Below, piece by piece: positions 46,360-56,401 of a stretch of 64,000 nt of DNA. A program made the translations under genes and the position numbers. Location: NCBI GenBank assembly GCA_963587345.1, contig CAVACW010000001.1, positions 38,645 through 102,644 on the forward strand, written 5' to 3'. Origin of the DNA: an uncultured Oscillospiraceae bacterium. Its GTDB lineage: Bacteria; Pseudomonadota; Gammaproteobacteria; Burkholderiales; Burkholderiaceae_F. Every line of letters begins with the position of its first letter. Position 1 is the first letter of the stretch. Below the pieces are notes generated by a model that had not been told where the DNA came from, ran no database searches, and saw nothing but the letters and a program-made list of their open reading frames with translations.

Positions 46360-47136
46360 ATGCTGCGCCTTGTGACATTCAATGCGAACGGCATCCGCAG
46401 TGCGGACAAGAAGGGCTTTTGGTCTTGGTTTGAGGCGCAGAATGCTGACGTTCTTTGCGTTCAGGAGCTGAAGGCGCAGGAAGCGGACTTGTTGGAAGTC
46501 ATCCGGTGCCGGCCGGGATACCACGCGTGGTTTCACTGTGCTCAAAAGAAGGGATATTCCGGCTGTGGCATTTGGTCACGCGCGAAGCCCGAACAGGTTC
46601 AGATCGGCATGGGTGTGCCGGAGTTTGACGAGGAGGGCCGCTATGTACGGCTCGATTTCAAGAAGACGTCGGTGATCGGCGTCTACTTTCCCTCGGGCAC
46701 GAGCGGCGACGATCGTCAGGCGGCGAAGTATCGCTTTCTGGCTGCTTTTGAAGCGCATGTTGAAGCGCTTCGTAAGGAAGGTCGCGAAATTGTCTTCGCG
46801 GGCGATGTGAACATCGCGCATAAGGAAATCGACCTCAAGAACTGGAAGGGCAATCTCGACCATACGGGTTTTTTGCCTGAAGAGCGCGCATGGATGACGC
46901 ATCTTTTTGATGATCTTGGCTGGTGCGACGTCTTTCGAAAATTGGATCCGCGTCCGGATCAGTACACCTGGTGGAGCCAGCGGGGGCAGGCCAGAGCGAA
47001 GAACGTCGGCTGGCGCATTGACTATCAAATTGCGACGCCGGTGCTGGCAGCCTCGGCGCGCGCTGCGGCGATTTATGCGGCGGAGAAGTTTTCAGATCAT
47101 GCGCCGCTCACGATTGACTATGACTGGAGTCTTTGA
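46360..47136 (+). CDS. xth: Exodeoxyribonuclease III / AP endonuclease
   Basis: NANGIR, QELKA, GYSG, GDVNIAH, GWRIDY, SDHAP. Confidence 0.93.
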   Translation: MLRLVTFNANGIRSADKKGFWSWFEAQNADVLCVQELKAQEADLLEVIRCRPGYHAWFHCAQKKGYSGCGIWSRAKPEQVQIGMGVPEFDEEGRYVRLDFKKTSVIGVYFPSGTSGDDRQAAKYRFLAAFEAHVEALRKEGREIVFAGDVNIAHKEIDLKNWKGNLDHTGFLPEERAWMTHLFDDLGWCDVFRKLDPRPDQYTWWSQRGQARAKNVGWRIDYQIATPVLAASARAAAIYAAEKFSDHAPLTIDYDWSL

Positions 47137-47846
47137 TGCGTTTGGAAGACGTTCTTTTTTCTCAGGGGTTTGGTACGCGGCATGAATGCCGGGGCCTTAT
47201 TGCCTTGGGACGCGTCACGTTTGACGGCGTCAAGATGGAAGACCCGGATGCACCGGTGGATCCCGAGGGAAAAAGCTTTACGGTGGATGGCGAGGCGTGG
47301 TCGTATCGAGAGAAGGCGCTCATTGTGCTCAACAAGCCCGCAGGTTATGAATGTTCTCAAAAGCCCTTGCATCACCCGTCGGTGATGCAGCTTTTGCCGC
47401 CGCCCTTGCGTGTTCGGGGGCTGCAGCCCGTGGGACGCCTTGACGAGGACACGACGGGACTCCTTCTTTTGACGGACGACGGCGCGCTCATTCATCGGTT
47501 GACACACCCAAAAAAGCACGTGGCGAAGACGTATGAAGTTCTTTGCAAGCATCCAGTGACCGACGTTATGGTGAAGAAGCTTCTTGCCGGCGTGATGATT
47601 GAAGGCGAGAGGGAGCCTGTGGCGGCTGTGCGGTGTGAGATTACGGGAGAAAAGACGATGCGGCTTGTGATCACGGCAGGAAAATACCATCAGGTGAAGC
47701 GCATGACGGCGGCGGTTGGCAATCGTGTGGAAGGCTTGTCTCGTTCGGGATTTGGCGCTTTCACGTTGCCGCCAGACTTGTCTGAGCGCGCCTGGCGCTG
47801 GCTTACGGACGAAGAGACGAAGGCCGTTCAGCAGAGGAATTTTTAA
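47136..47846 (+). CDS. rsuA: 16S rRNA pseudouridine synthase RsuA family
   Basis: S4 domain, NKPAGYECS, VGRLDEDTTGLLLLTDDG, GKYHQVKRM. Confidence 0.88.
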   Translation: MRLEDVLFSQGFGTRHECRGLIALGRVTFDGVKMEDPDAPVDPEGKSFTVDGEAWSYREKALIVLNKPAGYECSQKPLHHPSVMQLLPPPLRVRGLQPVGRLDEDTTGLLLLTDDGALIHRLTHPKKHVAKTYEVLCKHPVTDVMVKKLLAGVMIEGEREPVAAVRCEITGEKTMRLVITAGKYHQVKRMTAAVGNRVEGLSRSGFGAFTLPPDLSERAWRWLTDEETKAVQQRNF

Positions 47847-47858
47847 GGAGCGTCTTGC

Positions 47859-49178
47859 ATGAATCGGCTTCTGGAATGGCTGGAACCGTACCGCAATCCG
47901 GCAGCGCTGCGCATGTTTTTTCTAGGGTTCTCCTCGGGGCTGCCGCTGCTTCTTGTGCTGGGAACACTTTCCTTTCGATTGCGCGAGTGCGGCATCGATT
48001 TGAAGACCATCGGATTCATGAGTTGGGTGGGTCTTTGCTGGGGCATGAAGTGGCTGTGGGCTCCGCTGGTGGACCGGCTGCCGATTCCCTTTTTGACGTC
48101 GGCGTTCGGACGGCGACGCTCCTGGCTACTTTTGGCGCAGGCGGGGCTGGTGGCGGGGCTGGCGCTTTTGGCATTCGCCCGCCCGGAGGCGGATTTGACG
48201 CAGACGGCGGTCTGTGCGCTCGTCACGGCGTTTTTTGGCGCCACGCAGGACATTGCGTTGGATGCTTACCGCATTGAGTCCGGCAGCGAAGAGGAGCAGG
48301 CGGCGTTTGCTGCGACGTATCAGACGGGGTATCGACTGGCCATGATCTGGTCGGGCGCCGGGGCGCTGGCGATTGCGGCGGCGTTTGACGTCGGAAGTTC
48401 GGGCGGATGGAAAGCGGCGTATCTCGTTATGGCGGTGAGCCTGCTTCCCGGCGTATTGACGGTGTTGCTGAGTCCGGAGCCCGCGGTGGAGAACCGGATC
48501 GTCAAGGCTAAAAATCCCGCGGCGTGGTTTTATGAGGCGGCTTGTCTGCCTTTCATCGATTTTTTCAAGCGCTTTGGCGTCTGGGCGATTGCAGTGCTTC
48601 TTCTGATTGCCACCTATCGAATCAGCGACGTGGTGATGGGCATCATGGCGAATCCCTTCTATAGCGACATGGGCTTTACGAAGGAGGAGGTGGCTGCTGT
48701 GAGCAAGGTGTTCGGCGTTGTGATGACGCTTGCGGGCGCTTTTGTTGGCGGCGTGGTGGCGATGAAAATCGGCGTCATGAAGACGCTCTTCCTTGGAGGG
48801 CTTCTGTCGGCGGCCACCAACTTGCTGTTTTCCGTGCTCGCCGCTCGAGGGCATGATCTGGCGTTTCTTGTCTTCACGGTGAGTGCGGACAATCTGGCGG
48901 GCGGACTTGCGTCAGCGGCCTTCGTGGCGTATTTGTCGGGCTTGACCAACTCGGCTTATTCCGCGACGCAGTACGCGCTCTTTAGCTCCATCATGCTGCT
49001 GTTGCCGAAATTCTTGGCGGGCTTTTCCGGCATGGCAGTGGAATTGATGGGGTATGCGGGCTTCTTCACGACGACAGCTTGTCTCGGCATTCCTGTGCTG
49101 TTTTTCGTAGTGCTTGCCGGCAGGGCTCGCCAGACGATGGCAGAGAAAAACAAGGAGCCGCCCGCGGACGGCTCCTGA
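47859..49178 (+). CDS. ampG: AmpG muropeptide permease (MFS)
   Basis: LGFSSGLP, KWLWAPLVD, GRRRSW, ATQDIALDAYRIE, SATQYALFSS. Confidence 0.93.
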   Translation: MNRLLEWLEPYRNPAALRMFFLGFSSGLPLLLVLGTLSFRLRECGIDLKTIGFMSWVGLCWGMKWLWAPLVDRLPIPFLTSAFGRRRSWLLLAQAGLVAGLALLAFARPEADLTQTAVCALVTAFFGATQDIALDAYRIESGSEEEQAAFAATYQTGYRLAMIWSGAGALAIAAAFDVGSSGGWKAAYLVMAVSLLPGVLTVLLSPEPAVENRIVKAKNPAAWFYEAACLPFIDFFKRFGVWAIAVLLLIATYRISDVVMGIMANPFYSDMGFTKEEVAAVSKVFGVVMTLAGAFVGGVVAMKIGVMKTLFLGGLLSAATNLLFSVLAARGHDLAFLVFTVSADNLAGGLASAAFVAYLSGLTNSAYSATQYALFSSIMLLLPKFLAGFSGMAVELMGYAGFFTTTACLGIPVLFFVVLAGRARQTMAEKNKEPPADGS

Positions 49179-49192
49179 AGTTCGCTAAAAAA

Positions 49193-49882
49193 TCAGCGGC
49201 GGGAGCGCGGCTTTTTTGTTGCTTTCGGCGTAGACCGCTGAGCGCGAGCGATGTCAAGCGCCCGCGTGACTTCGGCAATTTCCTGCACGCAGGCCTGCAC
49301 GTCAGCCAGTGCTTCATCAAGGTCTGCGAAGGCGACTTCCGAATCAATGACGTTTTCAATCGCCGCTTCGTTACTGTCAGCGGTGTCGCTCGGTTCGTCA
49401 GGCGTTTCGGTCTTGGCCGCCCAGCGAAGGATGCCCACCATGCCGGCTTGAACAGCCTTGGTGCTGTTCTGCACCAGTTCCGGCCACAGTGCGCATGCGG
49501 CGGCGAATCCGTCGGCAAAAGGCGTCAAGGCGGCAAGCGAGGCTTCGCCTGCAAGCTCTTTGCCCGTCTCTTCGTCAAAGTCAAAGAGAATCGGATCAAT
49601 CGGTTTTTCAGCAAGCACGGCAGCTTCGATTTCGGCGCCGCGACGCAGAATGAGCTTTTTGACACGGCTCTGATCTGGCTCCGCGAGTTTGGCGCGAGGA
49701 TTGGCGCCTTCATCAAACACATAAGGAAGCCAGTCAGCCTGTTCGGGCGGATGCTTCATGAGCGTGAGCGCCGTGAGAAAGCCGTCCAGCATGTCGGGCT
49801 CCATCGCGGAGAACTCATCGGGAATGCGGGCGAGAAGTTCGCCCAGCAGTTCAATTTCTTCAAGCGAGAGAGGCGTCGCCAT
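49193..49882 (-). CDS. YecA/UPF0149 family protein (no SEC-C tail)
   Basis: PLSLEE..L, LDGFLTAL...P..WLP; start ATG 49882. Confidence 0.8.
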   Translation of the reverse strand: MATPLSLEEIELLGELLARIPDEFSAMEPDMLDGFLTALTLMKHPPEQADWLPYVFDEGANPRAKLAEPDQSRVKKLILRRGAEIEAAVLAEKPIDPILFDFDEETGKELAGEASLAALTPFADGFAAACALWPELVQNSTKAVQAGMVGILRWAAKTETPDEPSDTADSNEAAIENVIDSEVAFADLDEALADVQACVQEIAEVTRALDIARAQRSTPKATKKPRSRR

Positions 49883-51854
49883 CGTTTTTTCCTTTTGTTT
49901 GCGGGGATACGGGATAGGCGGCCTTGAGCGAGGTGTAGCTCGTGAGAGCGTCCTTCCCGGTGACCAGCCGGCGGATGTTGCCGAAGTCGTGCATGCGGCT
50001 GATGCGCGCAATGATGTTTTCCGCCTCTTTGTAGCGCATGCAGAGGATCATTTCCTTCAGGGGCAGAATGCGCGCGCTTTCCATGGAAAGGTGACGAGCT
50101 CCCATGCCGATGAGAAGCCGGGCCATCATGGGGTCGCCAGCGATTTCGCCGCAGATGCTCACGGGCTTTTTGGCGCGGTTGGCGGTGCGGATCACCTGAT
50201 TGAGTAGCAAGAGCACAGCCGGGTGCAGCGGATCGTACAGGTCGCTTACGCCGGGATCGTGACGGTCGACGGCGAGCGTGTACTGGATCAGGTCGTTGGT
50301 GCCGAGACTGATGAAGTCAAGGTCATGCAGAAAGGTCGGCAAGGCAAGAGCGGCAGCCGGCACTTCAATCATGCCGCCAAGCGCGATTTTGTCGGCGCAA
50401 GCGACGTTTCGATCTCGGAGCTCTTCCTGCGCTCGGCGGATGAGTCCGCGGGTGATTTCAATTTCCGAGGGGCGCGTGAGCAGCGGCAGCATCATGCGGA
50501 CGTTGTTTCCCTGGGCGGCGCGCAGAATCGCTTTGATCTGCGTGAGGAAGAACCCCGGATGATTCAAGCTGAAGCGGATGGCGCGGCGTCCGAGCGCTGG
50601 ATTGGGGAGCGTTTCTTCTTCGGCGAAGTTGAGTGATTCCATCGCTTCGTGCGACAGCATCTTGTCGCCGCCAAGGTCCATGGTTCGGATGGTGACGGTC
50701 TTGCCCTTCATGGCGCGGATGACACGCAGGTAGGTCTCGTACTGCTCGTCTTCACTCGGCGCCGTGGGACGATTCATGAAGAGAAATTCCGAACGAAAGA
50801 GTCCGATGCCGTCTGCGCCGACGCGCTGAGCGTCGCGAACGTCTTCGGGAAGAGCAATGTTGGCGTGAAGCGATACGCCGACGTTGTCCAGCGTGACGCA
50901 GGGGCAGGAAATGAGCTTTTTAAGGCGCGTGCGAACAGTGCTCAGTTCACGGATGCGCTGAGAGACGGCCGGCATCAGAGCCGGATCAGGGTGGATTGTG
51001 AGCGTTCCCTTGTCGGCGTCAAGAAGCACCACGTCGTCCGATGTGATGCGGCTTGCGGCGCCGTCCACGCTCACGAGCATCGGAATTTCCAGAGAGCGAG
51101 CCAGAATCGCAGAGTGTGACGTGGGCGAGCCAGAGCTCGTTACAAGGCCGGCAAGTGACAAGTCGCGACGACGCTTCAGAATGAGGATGTCCGCTGGATT
51201 GAGGTCTTCCGCAATGAGAATGACCTTGTCTTCATTTAGCGGCAGCTTCACGTTGTCCGCTGGACGACGACGGCCGCTCAAGACGCGCTGAACACGCTCT
51301 ACAACTTGCGAAATGTCCTCGATGCGCTCAGCGAGGTAGTCGTTGTCGATTGTTTCGAACGTGCGGCGCAGCTCCTCCATGCGCAACGACAGCGCCCACT
51401 CCGCATTGATGAGCTTTTCCTTCATAAGGGAAAGCGTGTCGGTTATGAGGCTTTCGTCCGCGAGAATCTGTCGGTGCAGGTTGATGAAGGAGAGGGCTTC
51501 AGAAGGCGCATCCATGTTCTGCGACAGGCTTTCTGCGACTTCGGCAAGCTCCTTGTCCACCGAACTGATGGCGGCTCTGAGGCGCATGGCTTCCGATCGA
51601 GTCTGCGACTTGTCAATCGCAAAGTGCGGAATTTCCAGATCGCCTTCGGAAAGAATCTGCGCCTGACCGAGGGCGACGCCGGGGAAGACGGCAATGCCCG
51701 AGAGCGTGATGGGCTGTTCGTCCTGCGTTTCTTCTTCAGCGCTGTTTTCGGGCGCCGGGGGAGTTGAAGCGGGAGGAACTGGTTTTTCGGTGTCAATGGG
51801 CTCAGCGCCGGGGACTAGGGCCGAACCTTCTTTGATTTTGTCATTTTCGTCCAT
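49860..51854 (-). CDS. ptsI: PEP-protein phosphotransferase (PTS Enzyme I)
   Basis: TSHSAILARSL (active His), GIGLFRSEF, NPALG.R, GTNDLIQY, SICGE. Confidence 0.96.
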   Translation of the reverse strand: MDENDKIKEGSALVPGAEPIDTEKPVPPASTPPAPENSAEEETQDEQPITLSGIAVFPGVALGQAQILSEGDLEIPHFAIDKSQTRSEAMRLRAAISSVDKELAEVAESLSQNMDAPSEALSFINLHRQILADESLITDTLSLMKEKLINAEWALSLRMEELRRTFETIDNDYLAERIEDISQVVERVQRVLSGRRRPADNVKLPLNEDKVILIAEDLNPADILILKRRRDLSLAGLVTSSGSPTSHSAILARSLEIPMLVSVDGAASRITSDDVVLLDADKGTLTIHPDPALMPAVSQRIRELSTVRTRLKKLISCPCVTLDNVGVSLHANIALPEDVRDAQRVGADGIGLFRSEFLFMNRPTAPSEDEQYETYLRVIRAMKGKTVTIRTMDLGGDKMLSHEAMESLNFAEEETLPNPALGRRAIRFSLNHPGFFLTQIKAILRAAQGNNVRMMLPLLTRPSEIEITRGLIRRAQEELRDRNVACADKIALGGMIEVPAAALALPTFLHDLDFISLGTNDLIQYTLAVDRHDPGVSDLYDPLHPAVLLLLNQVIRTANRAKKPVSICGEIAGDPMMARLLIGMGARHLSMESARILPLKEMILCMRYKEAENIIARISRMHDFGNIRRLVTGKDALTSYTSLKAAYPVSPQTKGKNDGDASLA

Positions 51855-51857
51855 GGC

Positions 51858-52127
51858 TTATTCCTCTTCACCGAATCGGGAAGTGACGAGCGAGACGAGA
51901 CTGTCGAGGGCGACGGCTTCGCCGGGGCCGTCGGTCGTAATGGTGATTTCCTCTCCGCATTTGGCAGCGAGCGCCATCACCGCCAGAATGGATTTGGCGT
52001 CGATGGTTTTGCCGTTTTTGGTGATGGAGATTTTGCAGCCGAAGAGGGTGGCCGTTTTGGTGAACAGTGCTGCTGGACGGGCGTGCATGCCCAGCTTGTT
52101 GATGATCTTGACGTTACGGGACAGCAT
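51858..52127 (-). CDS. ptsH: HPr phosphocarrier
   Basis: NKLGMHARPA (His15), DAKSILAVM (Ser46). Confidence 0.95.
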   Translation of the reverse strand: MLSRNVKIINKLGMHARPAALFTKTATLFGCKISITKNGKTIDAKSILAVMALAAKCGEEITITTDGPGEAVALDSLVSLVTSRFGEEE

Positions 52128-52189
52128 GGTCTCTTCCTGACAGAGTCAGAAATGGCGTCCCGCAGGAATCCGTGACAGGGCGGAACGCC

Positions 52190-52594
52190 TTAGTGTTCTA
52201 GGGTTCCCTCAATGATACTCACCATTCCCGCTTCTTTGACGAGACGGGTAATGTCTGTCAGATTTTCGTCGCGATGGCAGAGTGCCGTAAGCACCATGGG
52301 AAGGTTGGCGCCGGCGAGGACGGCCGTCTTGTCGTACTCGAGCATGCGGTGCGCGATGTTGGAAGGCGTGGCGCCGACGACGTCGGTGAGAATCAGAACG
52401 CCGTCACGGTTCTTTTCCGTTTCGAGCGCAGACGCCACGACGCTCGCCACGGCATCGGTGTCGGAGTCGGGTAGCACGTCGAAGGCGCGAATGCGATCGG
52501 CGGTGCGCTTGTCGCAGCTATACACGTGCACTGCGCAGTCTTTGAGCGCAGTCGCAAGCGGCATATGAGCGATGATGAAGATGGAAACGGACAC
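52190..52594 (-). CDS. PTS EIIA, mannose/fructose type
   Basis: IIAH, LILTDVVGATPSN, GANLPM. Confidence 0.92.
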   Translation of the reverse strand: MSVSIFIIAHMPLATALKDCAVHVYSCDKRTADRIRAFDVLPDSDTDAVASVVASALETEKNRDGVLILTDVVGATPSNIAHRMLEYDKTAVLAGANLPMVLTALCHRDENLTDITRLVKEAGMVSIIEGTLEH

Positions 52595-52927
52595 AATACT
52601 TTTGGAGCGTATTTTTCAGGCGTTTTTGGCCGCCTTGATTTTTGGGAACCGGGAAAAGCAACGGGAAGGAGTCTACCTGAGAGAAAAATGACGTGTGAGG
52701 TGCATTATTTGAATGCAAAATTGTCGTAAGTTGCCGCAAAAAGAATGCTGTTTGTAGTAAATTGAAAGAAAGTCTGGTCAACTTGCGCAGTTGTGTACGG
52801 TTCTGGTGTTAATTTTTCTGCAGGAAGCGCGCTTCAAGGTGGCAAAAGATATTTTGACTGGAAAGTGTTCACGGAAACGATTAAGGTGAATGAGTTAGTT
52901 CACCCTTAAATTTAAGGAAATGCATTT

Positions 52928-53308
52928 ATGTCTCTTCTGGAGTTTCGCAGCAAGGCGGCTGCTGGTTTTTACATGATGCCTGACACCTTTCGATCGGTTT
53001 GCCGAGTTATAGGGCGGGAATATTCGGAGCAGGGGTGCCTCCTCCCGGAGGATTTGCCTGCGCTCATCCAGAAACTGTCTGACGAGATCGCTCGTGAAAA
53101 GGCTTTGTTGACAGAACTGCAGGCAAAGCGAGAAAAGCGGGAGCGAGAGGGGCGAGGATTTTTGAGCTACGAAGAAGAGGATGAGCGGGAGAAAGAGGAG
53201 CGGCGGGCGGCGGAAAAAGTGCCGATGAGCGTCCGGTTTTTTCCGCTGCTCGAGATGATGCAGCGGGCCCAAAAGAAGCATCAGAATGTGATGTGGGGCG
53301 TTCCTTGA
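52928..53308 (+). CDS. DUF1840-like protein
   Basis: FRSKAAA N-terminus; RFFPLLEM..A....VMWGV C-terminus. Confidence 0.8.
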   Translation: MSLLEFRSKAAAGFYMMPDTFRSVCRVIGREYSEQGCLLPEDLPALIQKLSDEIAREKALLTELQAKREKREREGRGFLSYEEEDEREKEERRAAEKVPMSVRFFPLLEMMQRAQKKHQNVMWGVP

Positions 53309-53354
53309 CGTCGGTAAAAAATGAGGCCCGGAGAAATCTCCGAGCCTCGAAACC

Positions 53355-54074
53355 TTATTCGGCGGATGCCGCTTCAGCTTCGGCCGCCTTTTCAGCAGCA
53401 TGCCGGGGAATCGGAATGTCGAGTGCCTTCAGCTTTCGGTAGAGGTGGGTTCTTTCCAGTCCTGCACGCTTGGCGACGCGCGTCATCTGATTGTTCTCAA
53501 AATTCATGAGCGACTTCAGGTAGGCTCGTTCCGTCGTTTCGCGCACTTCCTTCAAGGTGGAGGTGAAGTCAATGGTGATCCCGGTGCCGTGCACCTCGAA
53601 GACCGGCAGTTCCTCTTTTACTGGTTCGGGCGGAATCTGAGGCGCAGGAGCTTCGACCGGTTTTTCCTCAGGTTGATCCGGACGGTACTTTGCCATGGCG
53701 CGGATGCGCTCCCCTACCTGTAGGCCGTGCTGCACGCTTTCAAGGAGCTTTTGCATGGAGATGGGCTTTTCCAAGCAGGCCAGTGCGCCGAACTTGGTGG
53801 CTTCCACCGCGGTTTCGATGGTGGCGTGGCCGCTCATCATCAGCACGGGACAGTGCAGAAGGTGTCGGACATTGAGCTCCTTCAAGAGCGAGACGCCGTC
53901 GGTGTCCGGCATCCAGATGTCGAGCAGGATCAGGTCAAAGGACTCCGCACTAATGCGGCGCCGAGCGGCTTCGGCGTTTTCGGCGGTGTCAACGGCGTAC
54001 CCCTCGTCCGTCAAGATGTCGGACAAGAGCTCGCGAATGCCGATTTCGTCGTCGACGACGAGGATTTTTGCCAT
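53355..54074 (-). CDS. NtrX/PlrR/EsaR-like response regulator (REC plus Fis HTH, no AAA+)
   Basis: ILVVDDE, LLDIWMPD, MMSGH, KP, GLERTHLYRKLK. Confidence 0.9.
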   Translation of the reverse strand: MAKILVVDDEIGIRELLSDILTDEGYAVDTAENAEAARRRISAESFDLILLDIWMPDTDGVSLLKELNVRHLLHCPVLMMSGHATIETAVEATKFGALACLEKPISMQKLLESVQHGLQVGERIRAMAKYRPDQPEEKPVEAPAPQIPPEPVKEELPVFEVHGTGITIDFTSTLKEVRETTERAYLKSLMNFENNQMTRVAKRAGLERTHLYRKLKALDIPIPRHAAEKAAEAEAASAE

Positions 54075-54241
54075 TGTGCTCGGTGCTCCCAAAGTCTCAG
54101 GCGGGTGAATGATCCATTTCAGCCCCCGATTTTATCTCCGAAGGCGCAACTGCCGATTGATTTCTTTTGAAGTCAAGATACCACAGGCCGGCCGGTGGAT
54201 CAACTTTGTATCACGTGCCGTGTGATCTGAAACAAGGGATT

Positions 54242-56401
54242 TCAAGCAATTGCAGGGAAGATCATGGTGATGAGCGCTCCGAGGACGGTGCCGTCCTCCG
54301 CTGTGCGGTTGCTTAGCGTGATCTTGGCGTGATGCTCCTCGATGATCTTCTTGACCATCGGCAGGCCCAGGCCGGTGCCTGTGGGCTTCGTGGTGATGTA
54401 GGGCTCAAAGGCCTTGTTCAGAATGGCAGCGCCAAATCCCGGCCCGTTGTCTTCAAGCGTGATGCGCACGGCTTGTGTTTCTTGTGCATCATTTTTCATC
54501 GGCGCGGCCGAGAGACGGATGATGGGCTGAGGAAGTTCTGCCGTGGCGTCAATGGCGTTGCCGACGAGATTGTGGATGATCTGACGAAGCTGCGCTTCGT
54601 CGCCGTTGATGCGCGGCAAATCTGGCTGTGGCGTGAATTGAACGGGCGTGCCCGCCGTGAGGTAGAAGTCCGTGAGTTCGCTGAAGAGCGCATTGATGTT
54701 CAATGGCTTCAGGACGGCGGTGGGGAGCTTTGCGTAGTCGCGGAAGTCATTCACCATCATTTTCATGGCGTCCACCTGATTGACGATGGTGCCGCAGGCT
54801 TTCTTGAGGAGCTGGTCGTCCTTTTCGTCGAGCTTGCCGTCAAGCTTCATGGCGAGGCGTTCTGCCGCAAGTCGGATCGGCGTGAGCGGATTTTTAATTT
54901 CGTGCGCGAGACGCCGGGCCACTTCGCCCCAAGCAATGGCTCGTTGGGCGTCGATGACGCTTGACATGTCGTCAAAGACGATCACCCAGCCGCGGCCAGT
55001 CTCGAGCTTGATGCGGGAGCCGCGGACAAAGAGCGCTAGCGTGGCGTCGCTTGTCTTTCGTTGCAGTGTGAGTTCAGTGTGAAAGCTTTCGCCTTCCGTG
55101 ATCTGAATTTGTTCGGTGAGAACGGCGGCGAACTCAGGCTCGGCATCCGCAAGCTGCGTGCCGACGCAGACGTCGCTGTTTTTAAGAACAACGGCAGCGG
55201 CGTTGTTGACAGAGTAAAGATAGAGCTTGTCGTCTGTGACGAGCACGCCCGAGGAGATGGTGGCAAGAATGCGCTCCAGCCAGGCGCGAGCGCGCTCAGC
55301 CTGCGCTCGCTGGTTCTCCACGATGGTGCGCGACTCTGCAAGCTCTGCCACCATGGTGTTGAAGGACTGTGTGAGCGTGTTGATTTCGTCGTTGCCCTGA
55401 TACTCGCGAATGGGGCGCAAGTCGCCTTCTGCTACTTTGCGTGTGCCTTTGGCGAGCTGCAAAACGGGCGCCGTCATGGTGCCAGCAAAGCGAAGCGCAG
55501 CTGCAATGGCGGCAAGGACCACAAGTAAAAGCGTCAGCGTTAGCGTGATGCCATAGATGTTTCTCAAGGCGCTGCGCGTGAGAACAAGCTCCTGATAGTC
55601 GCGGTAGCCGGCAAGCAGGTCGGCGATGTTGGAGGCGAGCGTGGCAGGCGCAGCCTGCGTGAGTTGCAGGAAGATGTTGTGGGAGCCGCCTTCTGTGGCA
55701 AAACGTCCGATGGGAACGAGAGCGCGGATCTGAAGCGGTTCGCCGCGTTCGCTCTCATCCTCGAGCAGCGTGAGCGACTGTTCCTTGAGCGCAGTGGCAA
55801 GCTGTTCTGCGGTGGGGGCGATGAGAGGGATGGCGCCTGGATTCTCTTCTGACTGCGAGAGCACGGCGCCAGTTTCATCAAAGAGATCAGCGCGGCTGTA
55901 ATCCGCAGCGTCTCTCAACTTTTCCGTTTGGGTGGAAAGATCCTTCCAGCGGCTCGTGGACAAGGTTTTTGCCATGCGCAACGCCGCTGACTGCAGACGT
56001 GTCTGCTCCCGGCCAAGAATATCGCCCGAAAGGGCGACGCCGGAATCCAGGGCGTGCTCGACGCGGACGTCAAACCAGGAGTCGATGCTTCGTCCGATGA
56101 ACTGGCTTGAGATGAGATAGATGAGAAGACAAGGCAACAGGGCGATGAGTGAGATCGCGAGCACGAGTTTTCCCGTCATTCGAGAGCCGAAGGCGCGCTC
56201 CCTCCAGCGTTTGACGAGGCGAAAGACAACAGCGCTGATGAAGAAGAAAAGCGTGATGACCGCAAAGAGGTTGCAGACGAGGAGAATGGGGAACCAGCGG
56301 TCAAAGAGTTCGGAGCTCGCGCCGCCGGCGGCCACGAAAAAGAGCAGAACAACGGCGAGCGTGAGAAGCGAGGCGAATGAAATTCGTAACCAGCGCGGCA
56401 T
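54242..56401 (-). CDS. NtrY/PlrS/EsaS-like sensor histidine kinase
   Basis: RSIDSWFD, HAMP, PAS, AWGEVARRLAHEIKNPLTPI, GTGLGL. Confidence 0.92.
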   Translation of the reverse strand: MPRWLRISFASLLTLAVVLLFFVAAGGASSELFDRWFPILLVCNLFAVITLFFFISAVVFRLVKRWRERAFGSRMTGKLVLAISLIALLPCLLIYLISSQFIGRSIDSWFDVRVEHALDSGVALSGDILGREQTRLQSAALRMAKTLSTSRWKDLSTQTEKLRDAADYSRADLFDETGAVLSQSEENPGAIPLIAPTAEQLATALKEQSLTLLEDESERGEPLQIRALVPIGRFATEGGSHNIFLQLTQAAPATLASNIADLLAGYRDYQELVLTRSALRNIYGITLTLTLLLVVLAAIAAALRFAGTMTAPVLQLAKGTRKVAEGDLRPIREYQGNDEINTLTQSFNTMVAELAESRTIVENQRAQAERARAWLERILATISSGVLVTDDKLYLYSVNNAAAVVLKNSDVCVGTQLADAEPEFAAVLTEQIQITEGESFHTELTLQRKTSDATLALFVRGSRIKLETGRGWVIVFDDMSSVIDAQRAIAWGEVARRLAHEIKNPLTPIRLAAERLAMKLDGKLDEKDDQLLKKACGTIVNQVDAMKMMVNDFRDYAKLPTAVLKPLNINALFSELTDFYLTAGTPVQFTPQPDLPRINGDEAQLRQIIHNLVGNAIDATAELPQPIIRLSAAPMKNDAQETQAVRITLEDNGPGFGAAILNKAFEPYITTKPTGTGLGLPMVKKIIEEHHAKITLSNRTAEDGTVLGALITMIFPAIA

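Noticed and set aside
46360..47136. Crc-like catalytically inactive regulator next to pyrE
   Set aside because: ExoIII catalytic motifs (QE, GDxN, SDH) are intact, so an AP endonuclease is the simpler call.
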